From IMG/VR virus record IMGVR_UViG_3300038443_001555: 64,000 nt of DNA, one strand, 5' to 3'. Each line of letters starts with the position of its first letter. Positions within the stretch are counted from its first letter, which is position 1. Below, in pieces: positions 58,319 through 64,000 of this stretch. Position numbers and translations under genes: made by a program. The notes beneath the pieces are model-generated. The model was not told the DNA's origin, made no database searches, and saw nothing but the letters and a program-made list of their open reading frames with translations. Source of the stretch: an uncultured virus (IMG/VR IMGVR_UViG_3300038443_001555) (lineage: Duplodnaviria > Heunggongvirae > Uroviricota > Caudoviricetes).

Positions 58319-59371
58319 TTACTGTCCAGCATTTTCTTCTCCCATGATCTTGTCGACCTCGGCCGCGTCGTCCGGCCCAAGGTATTCGCGTAGCGCCTCC
58401 ATCACGTTGAACGACGTGACGTCCTCGTGCGACAGCACCATCTCGGCGCCGTCGGCGACGCCTTCGATCTTCACCGCGTTGGTGATGACCAGGGCTTTCG
58501 CCTCGCGCCGGAAGCGCCCCAGCACCGTCACGACCTTGTCGGCCTCGGCGGCCGTCGCGGTGCCGGTCACGCGGATGAAGCGGCCGGTGTCGGTCAGCCC
58601 GCGCCAGTCCTGCTCGCTATAATCGATGCCGGTAACAATGCCGACCGGCTCCCAGGTCGTGTGCATCTCGTAGCGACCGTCGTCGCGCACGACCAGCAAC
58701 TGCTTGTCCGTGTGGCCAAGGCAGTCGCTGATCGAGCTTGGGAACTGGTTCCCGACGATCACGACCTTGCCGCCAAGCTCCGTCCGGCCCTGGTGCTCGT
58801 GGCCGAACACGATGTACTCGACCGGCAACTGCTCGGCCTGCTCTTTCGACAGGTTCAGCGAATGGTCCGATTCGACCGCGAACTGGTTGTCGTAGTTGCA
58901 GTGCACGAACAGGAAGCGGCAGGCCGGGACCTTGGCCAGCTCGAGATTGAACAGGTCCTGGTTGGGCATGTGACAAATTACATACGCGTCATGCTGGTCA
59001 AGGTGCGTGCCCTCGGTGATGTGCGCGACGCGCTCCGGATACAGGCTGACCAGCAGCTGAGCGAAAAACTGAAACGACGACAGGCGCGTGCTGTTCTTGT
59101 CAAGGTCGTGATTGCCGTTCGCAAGGAACAGATCACCGGTGCCGCGCGCCAGCCAGTCACTGAACATGTGGACAGCCGCCAGTAGATCCGCACGCGGGAT
59201 ATCCGGGCCATCGAACAGATCACCATTGACGAGCAGATCGCCGTTGATGTTGTTGAGGATGTCGGCACCGGCGCGCAGCAGATCCTGGCGCAGCTGGTAG
59301 GCCGTCGCCGGTGTGGTGCCGGCACTGCGGTTGGCGCCGAGGTGCCAATCGCTCACGCAGGTAAGGGTCAT
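58319..59371 (-). CDS. SbcD/Mre11-like nuclease
   Basis: SDWHLG, GDLFD, GNHD, VHC, GHEH motifs. Confidence 0.9.
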   Translation of the reverse strand: MTLTCVSDWHLGANRSAGTTPATAYQLRQDLLRAGADILNNINGDLLVNGDLFDGPDIPRADLLAAVHMFSDWLARGTGDLFLANGNHDLDKNSTRLSSFQFFAQLLVSLYPERVAHITEGTHLDQHDAYVICHMPNQDLFNLELAKVPACRFLFVHCNYDNQFAVESDHSLNLSKEQAEQLPVEYIVFGHEHQGRTELGGKVVIVGNQFPSSISDCLGHTDKQLLVVRDDGRYEMHTTWEPVGIVTGIDYSEQDWRGLTDTGRFIRVTGTATAAEADKVVTVLGRFRREAKALVITNAVKIEGVADGAEMVLSHEDVTSFNVMEALREYLGPDDAAEVDKIMGEENAGQ

Positions 59372-59988
59372 TTGTTATAGTCTTTCTTGGGTAAAGTGAT
59401 TCCATGGCCGATCACATGGCCACGGACGATGCGGGAGCGGATGGTGTCGTAGTTGGTGCCGGTGATTTCGACCGCCTCAGCAAGGGACATCTTCTTGCCG
59501 TTGAGCAGAACCCACAGCGTGTTTCTCTTGTTACGGTTTTGCTCCTTGCGAGTGGCCCAGCGGCAGTTGGATTTGCTATAGCTTTCGTCGTTCTTCACCC
59601 GCTCGATCTCGGCCCCTGGCCAGGGTTTTGGTCCGACGTCCGCTAGGAACTGGCCAAAGTCATCCCACTCTTTCGGGTACGAAATTCCGCGACCACCATA
59701 GTCTAGGTAGTCTCTATTACGAGGGTTGTTGCAGCGATCACGTAAATGTGACCAGGACTTGTACTCTGAGGATCGCGTATCGTAGCCCTTATAGAGGCGG
59801 GCAGCTGCCAACTCATTTTTCAAGCAGCCACAGCTTTGTGAGCCACCGCTGCGCAAATTACCTCCGGCAACTACCCGCTCGGTCCCGCAGATGCAACGGA
59901 CCTTCCACATGCGCCGCGCGCTCACCACGCCGGCAAACTCCAGCACGGTGAGGCGGCCAAAAGTACGGCCTATCATTTCGACTACCAT
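59368..59988 (-). CDS. free-standing HNH homing endonuclease
   Basis: G.TFGRLTV, C.CG, SCGC, YGGRGI, IERVKNDESYSKSNCRWAT. Confidence 0.9.
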   Translation of the reverse strand: MVVEMIGRTFGRLTVLEFAGVVSARRMWKVRCICGTERVVAGGNLRSGGSQSCGCLKNELAAARLYKGYDTRSSEYKSWSHLRDRCNNPRNRDYLDYGGRGISYPKEWDDFGQFLADVGPKPWPGAEIERVKNDESYSKSNCRWATRKEQNRNKRNTLWVLLNGKKMSLAEAVEITGTNYDTIRSRIVRGHVIGHGITLPKKDYNK

Positions 59989-60033
59989 CGATTTCCTCCT
60001 GAAAGTGCAGAGTACCTCCTAGGAGGAAATTCG

Positions 60034-60462
60034 TCAACTACCGAACAGCCTGTCCAGCAGCGCAGCATGGGTAGGGAAGGTATCGTAGGCAGTTAGGTCC
60101 CAGGACGGCAGGCGCTCGGCGAACGCAAGGATCGGCGCCAGTCGCCACAGCTTCGTGGTGCGGTGGTAGATCACCACCCAGCACTCGCCTCCAGCGATCC
60201 GGAACTTGTTCATGCGTGCCACCTTGTCAGCCGAGAAGTTCTTGGCCGGCAGCCTGAAGTCATGATCCACCTCCTTCACCTCGACCAGATAAGGCACCCC
60301 AAGCCGTAGGGCGCCGAAGTCAGCAGGTACGGCCTGCAGGGATCCGGCCCGAGGGTCCGGGTACCTGTACATCCAGAAGGCGGCCTCAGCGTCGCTACGC
60401 TTCGTCATCCAGGCCTTGACCTTACCTTCGGCGAATTTCCCACGTTGTCCTACAGTCGCCAT
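60034..60462 (-). CDS. Holliday junction resolvase-like PD-(D/E)xK nuclease
   Basis: RGKFAE, PADF, LVEVKE. Confidence 0.7.
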   Translation of the reverse strand: MATVGQRGKFAEGKVKAWMTKRSDAEAAFWMYRYPDPRAGSLQAVPADFGALRLGVPYLVEVKEVDHDFRLPAKNFSADKVARMNKFRIAGGECWVVIYHRTTKLWRLAPILAFAERLPSWDLTAYDTFPTHAALLDRLFGS

Positions 60463-60463
60463 G

Positions 60464-60649
60464 TCAGTCCCCCAGTTTGGCAAGTGCGTTGAATATCCGG
60501 TCGCTGATCGCATCAAGCTGGCGGTGCAGCCAGCTGTCAACGGTCTTGCCCTGCAGGGCAGCGATCTCGCGCTGTGCCAGGTGCAGGTCGTTTGTGATTT
60601 CGTCGACCAGCTCCTGGATGCGGCGCGGCCCTTCTGCCGGCGCGTTCAT
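60464..60649 (-). CDS. hypothetical protein
   Basis: ATGA coupling with thyA. Confidence 0.55.
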   Translation of the reverse strand: MNAPAEGPRRIQELVDEITNDLHLAQREIAALQGKTVDSWLHRQLDAISDRIFNALAKLGD

Positions 60650-61593
60650 ACGGCCATCGGCGCTTTGATCGCCGGGTGATGTTGGTAGTTGGTGAGCTGA
60701 ATGTCATCCGGATGCATACCAGACACCAGCGCTTCCAGCGGGGCCGTCTTAACGTCTTTAAAACCTTGTAGCGGGTTCAAGATGTACAGCCCAGGCAGCG
60801 GATACTCCTCGCGCGCCAACTGCTCCTTCACCTGGTCGATGTGGTTGACGTAGATGTGGGCGTCGGCCAGGAACATCGTCAGCGTGCCGGCGGTGTAGCC
60901 GGTCCACGCCGCGAACAGCTCGAGCAGCAGTGCATAGCTGGCGATGTTGAAGGGCACGCCAAGGAACATGTCGCAGCTGCGCTGGTACATCGTCATGTGC
61001 AGCACGCGGCTGTCAACGTGCGGCAGCAGCTGAAACAGGACGTGGCAGGGCGGCAGGGCTGCTTCGTTCATTTGCGTCGGATTCCAGGCCGAGACCAGGA
61101 TGCGGCGGCTGGTCGGGTTGTAGCGTACCTCGTGCAGCGCCGCCGCGATCTGGTCGACTTTCACCGAAGCCATGGTCAGGCCCGCGTGTCCGTGCAGCCC
61201 TTCCGGATCGCTCCAGGTATGCCCGAAGCGGCGCCACTGCGCACTGTAGATCTGGCCGAGGTCGTCATGCCCCTTGCGGGCCGGATTTGACAGCCACTTG
61301 TTCTCGACGTGGTTGCCCTGCATGTCGACGCCATGCTCGTTCGCGTTCTGGTCCCAGACCGTGCAGCCCAGCGCGCGGAAGTCGGCTGCGTTCGTATAGC
61401 CGCGCAGGAAGCCGATCAGCTCGCCCTTGACCTGATTGAAGGCCAGCTTCTTCGTGGTGATGGCCGGGAAGCCATCGCGCAAATCGAACTTGAGCATGGC
61501 GCCGGGCAGCGTCAGGGTGTCGATGCCCGTGCGGTTGGACTGCTGGATGCCGTTGTCGAGAATCTCTTGGAGTAAATTGTGATAGTTTTTCAT
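60646..61593 (-). CDS. thyA: thymidylate synthase
   Basis: RTGIDT, SRR, LPPCH, YQRSCDMFLGVPFN, DAHIY.NH, APMAV terminus. Confidence 0.97.
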   Translation of the reverse strand: MKNYHNLLQEILDNGIQQSNRTGIDTLTLPGAMLKFDLRDGFPAITTKKLAFNQVKGELIGFLRGYTNAADFRALGCTVWDQNANEHGVDMQGNHVENKWLSNPARKGHDDLGQIYSAQWRRFGHTWSDPEGLHGHAGLTMASVKVDQIAAALHEVRYNPTSRRILVSAWNPTQMNEAALPPCHVLFQLLPHVDSRVLHMTMYQRSCDMFLGVPFNIASYALLLELFAAWTGYTAGTLTMFLADAHIYVNHIDQVKEQLAREEYPLPGLYILNPLQGFKDVKTAPLEALVSGMHPDDIQLTNYQHHPAIKAPMAV

Positions 61594-61793
61594 GCCTCAG
61601 CTTTCGGTTTCAGGGTTGCGTTCAGGTAGACGAGAGTCCGCGTCGGCGCGCCGACGCGCACTTCTTCGCGAGGATTGGCCCAGGTGATCTCAACCATTTC
61701 GCGGCCGGTCTTCTCTTTGACCAGCTGACGAATCGCCGCGTCGACCTCGGCTGCGTCGATCTCGACGACATCGAGTGTGGTGCGGATCTTCAT
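61590..61793 (-). CDS. hypothetical protein
   Basis: AAGGAGG SD; ATGA overlaps both sides. Confidence 0.65.
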   Translation of the reverse strand: MKIRTTLDVVEIDAAEVDAAIRQLVKEKTGREMVEITWANPREEVRVGAPTRTLVYLNATLKPKAEA

Positions 61794-62800
61794 GCCGCCT
61801 CCTTCTTCAAGTCCAGGTCCTCGATGATGGCCAGGTCGGCCGGCGTCATGTCGGCGCGCGAGCGCAGCGTGATGAAGCGGGCCTGGCGCGGCGCGTCCTT
61901 CACGCCGGTGTCGAGGCTGCAGTATTTGAAGGGCTGGCCGACCAGCAGGGACGGATCCTTGAAGGCGGCGACACGAAAGGCGTGCGTCATCTTGCCCGGG
62001 CCGACACGGATCGGCTTGCCGGTCTCGACGTCGATCGCCAGCACCGTGCCGACCATGCCGTTGCCGACCTTGTTCTCCTTGTGGCTGCTGCGCTCGGTGC
62101 GCCCTAGGCTGTTGGTCTTGGCCTCGTTCAGATTGGTCTCGGCCTCTTCGAAGCCGGTGCAGACCGCGTCCTTGTCCGAGGTCGGCTTGAAGCGCCAGAA
62201 CTCGTTGTCACGCTTGCCCGGCCGCCCAGACTTGTGCAAGGCCTTCGGATTGCGGAAGATGGCGCCCTCGTACTGCAGGTCCAGGCACTTGGCGATGAAG
62301 GCCAGTGCCTGCTCGGCGTTCTCGATGACCTCGTAAGGCAGCACATGGAGATGCTGGGCGAGCACTTCCGGCATTGCCAGGACGTGGGTGCACAGCGCGG
62401 CATAACGCTCTTCATACGGCAGGTGCACGATGTCCGGATGCAGGAAGTCGAACAGGTTCCACTTTGCGTTATCCGGCAGGCACTCCTCGCCCTTTTTCAG
62501 CTTGCTACGGTTGCACAAGCCGGTGGTCAGGCTGCACAGCGTCTCGCCCTCGGGCAAGCCTTCGGCCGTCAGCAGGCCGTCGATGGTCAGCTCGCCGTCC
62601 AGGCCGGCGTACAGGTCGTGCGAAAACTTGAAGTTCAGGGCGTGGTTCTTGAAGGGATCCATCGAGCGACCGACGAAGCCGCGCACGGCGGCCGCGCGCA
62701 CGCCGTCGACCTTGGGGAAGCCCCAGAGCGGGAAGGAGACACCCTTGAAGGTTTCGGTGTCGATGTCGTGGGCCAGCTGGCAGGTGATTTCTTGGGTCAT
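61790..62800 (-). CDS. ATP-dependent DNA ligase (minimal type)
   Basis: KVDGVR, LDGEL, FD, YEGAIFR, RFKP..D.DA, G.KDAPR. Confidence 0.92.
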   Translation of the reverse strand: MTQEITCQLAHDIDTETFKGVSFPLWGFPKVDGVRAAAVRGFVGRSMDPFKNHALNFKFSHDLYAGLDGELTIDGLLTAEGLPEGETLCSLTTGLCNRSKLKKGEECLPDNAKWNLFDFLHPDIVHLPYEERYAALCTHVLAMPEVLAQHLHVLPYEVIENAEQALAFIAKCLDLQYEGAIFRNPKALHKSGRPGKRDNEFWRFKPTSDKDAVCTGFEEAETNLNEAKTNSLGRTERSSHKENKVGNGMVGTVLAIDVETGKPIRVGPGKMTHAFRVAAFKDPSLLVGQPFKYCSLDTGVKDAPRQARFITLRSRADMTPADLAIIEDLDLKKEAA

Positions 62801-62846
62801 TTTCTTCTTTCTGTGGTTGATGCCCGGCGAGCGCCGGGCGGGTGGG

Positions 62847-63203
62847 TTATCGTTTCTTGCCTTTCTGGTTGCGGCGATACACGGTCAGCTGGGCCAGCGC
62901 CTTGAAGATGTGCTGGGTCTCCTTGCCGTACAGGAGGACCACATCGATCCGACCCTGGAGGTGGCTAGGCCCGTACGCATCCTGCACTTCAAGTTGTTGG
63001 AGCGCCCAGCTGCCGCGGCGCTCGCCCATCTGAAGTCGGTGCAGGCTGGTACGATCCGCGACAACCCTGACACGTAGTTCGGTGCGGATCATGCCCGGCG
63101 TGCCCGGCATACCATTCTGCTGGGCGTTCAGCTCCCAGCCCGAGATGAGCCTCGACGAGAGGCCCAAGGTCCGGGCGACTGCTTCGGCGACGAGGTCCTT
63201 CAT
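62847..63203 (-). CDS. hypothetical protein
   Basis: AAGGAGG SD; ATGA overlap with polymerase stop. Confidence 0.65.
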   Translation of the reverse strand: MKDLVAEAVARTLGLSSRLISGWELNAQQNGMPGTPGMIRTELRVRVVADRTSLHRLQMGERRGSWALQQLEVQDAYGPSHLQGRIDVVLLYGKETQHIFKALAQLTVYRRNQKGKKR

Positions 63204-64000
63204 GCTGCCTCCTTGAGTTCGCCACGCTTACGCATGCCGTCGTACATCTCGGCCAGACCCTTGTCGATCGCCTCACGAGTCGGGTAGGCGCCGATCTCGG
63301 TCTGGCGATAGAAGTTAGGGCCGAACGAGATGGTCGAGACCACCTCGAGGTCCATGGTTTTGTACGGCGCCGTCATCGCCGCGTGGCAGCGCGGCAAGAA
63401 CTCGTACAGGTCCTTGATGCGCACCGACCAGACCACCTCGTCGTGGATCGGGCCGTAGCAGATCGCATCGAAGTCGTAGGCCAGGTTGTCGCGCCACATG
63501 CGGCCCTCGGCTAACTTGGTCTGCTCGCCGGCCGCGCCCTGCACCTTGAAGTTCACCGCCTGGCGCTCGGCCTTGCTCTTGTCGAAGCTGGTGCCGTTCT
63601 GCAGCACGTCGCCAAGGTGGCGCACGGCGCCACCCAGCGTACGCACCACGCCGTTCTGCTTGACCTCGTCGCGGATCGCCTGCTTCCACTGCTCGGCAAC
63701 CGGATACATCGCCTCGCGCGCGTCCAGGAACAGCTGCGCGCGTTCGACCGAGATCATGAGCGTTGCGGCCACCTTCTCGGCCATGGCGCCGTATTCGGCC
63801 GTGAAGTTCACCTTCTTGCCCAGCGCGCGCACCTCCTTGGCCACCTTGTACATCTCGTCGCCTAGGGCTTTCTCCAGCGCGCGCTCGTAGTCCTCGTACG
63901 TCCAGTCCAGGCGCTGCTCTTCGCGGATGATGCCCAGCGCCGTAATGGTGTGCGGCGACTTGCGCTTCTCGCCCTGGAAGCAAGACAGTGCGTTCGGATC
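63200..64000 (-). CDS. polA: family A DNA polymerase, C-terminal part (runs off window)
   Basis: Motif B R..GKKVNFTAEYG, ERQAVNFKVQG, motif C IHDEVV. Confidence 0.93.
   Translation of the reverse strand, partial: DPNALSCFQGEKRKSPHTITALGIIREEQRLDWTYEDYERALEKALGDEMYKVAKEVRALGKKVNFTAEYGAMAEKVAATLMISVERAQLFLDAREAMYPVAEQWKQAIRDEVKQNGVVRTLGGAVRHLGDVLQNGTSFDKSKAERQAVNFKVQGAAGEQTKLAEGRMWRDNLAYDFDAICYGPIHDEVVWSVRIKDLYEFLPRCHAAMTAPYKTMDLEVVSTISFGPNFYRQTEIGAYPTREAIDKGLAEMYDGMRKRGELKEAA

Noticed and set aside
57603..59988. HNH genes as intron- or intein-encoded
   Set aside because: Flanking sbcC, sbcD and resolvase genes are complete and the gaps are too short for intron cores
60646..61593. Thymidylate synthase as a sign of modified-base DNA
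   Set aside because: Canonical dUMP-type motifs including the Asn of PFN; no modification genes in the window

Overview
The window is a contiguous piece of a GC-rich tailed dsDNA bacteriophage with siphovirus-type architecture. No integrase, tRNA, rRNA or CRISPR array was seen. Layout: (1) 1-19.9 kb is a leftward array of roughly 55 small, tightly coupled early/accessory genes, mostly hypothetical, including an HNH nuclease, HTH proteins, paralogue pairs and mosaic proteins sharing a 20-bp linker. (2) 19.9-20.4 kb is an AT-rich divergent region followed by a degenerate HNH-fold gene. (3) 21.2-23.9 kb is a second leftward block containing a ~690-nt, densely base-paired non-coding segment with a boxA-like motif. 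(4) 23.9-24.5 kb is an AT-rich, helically phased repeat region, a candidate terminus/packaging site. (5) 24.5-54.5 kb is the rightward late region: terS, GpA-type terL, portal, S49 protease, scaffold, decoration, capsid, neck, tail tube, -1 frameshifted chaperone, a 2458-aa tape measure, tail tip/fibres, permuted papain-like protein, holins, GH19 endolysin, spanins and a metallophosphoesterase. (6) 54.5-64 kb is the leftward DNA metabolism block: SbcCD-like nuclease, two free-standing HNH genes, resolvase, ThyA, ATP-dependent ligase and the PolA C-terminus. Three things stand out. First, a recurring design places a sigma70-like promoter inside an inverted repeat that would hide the downstream ribosome-binding region in read-through mRNA (at least 6 loci). 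Second, a self-contained ~100-nt RNA gene candidate lies between terL and portal. Third, the large structured early-region RNA. All family assignments are from motif recognition by eye; no searches or folding programs were run.
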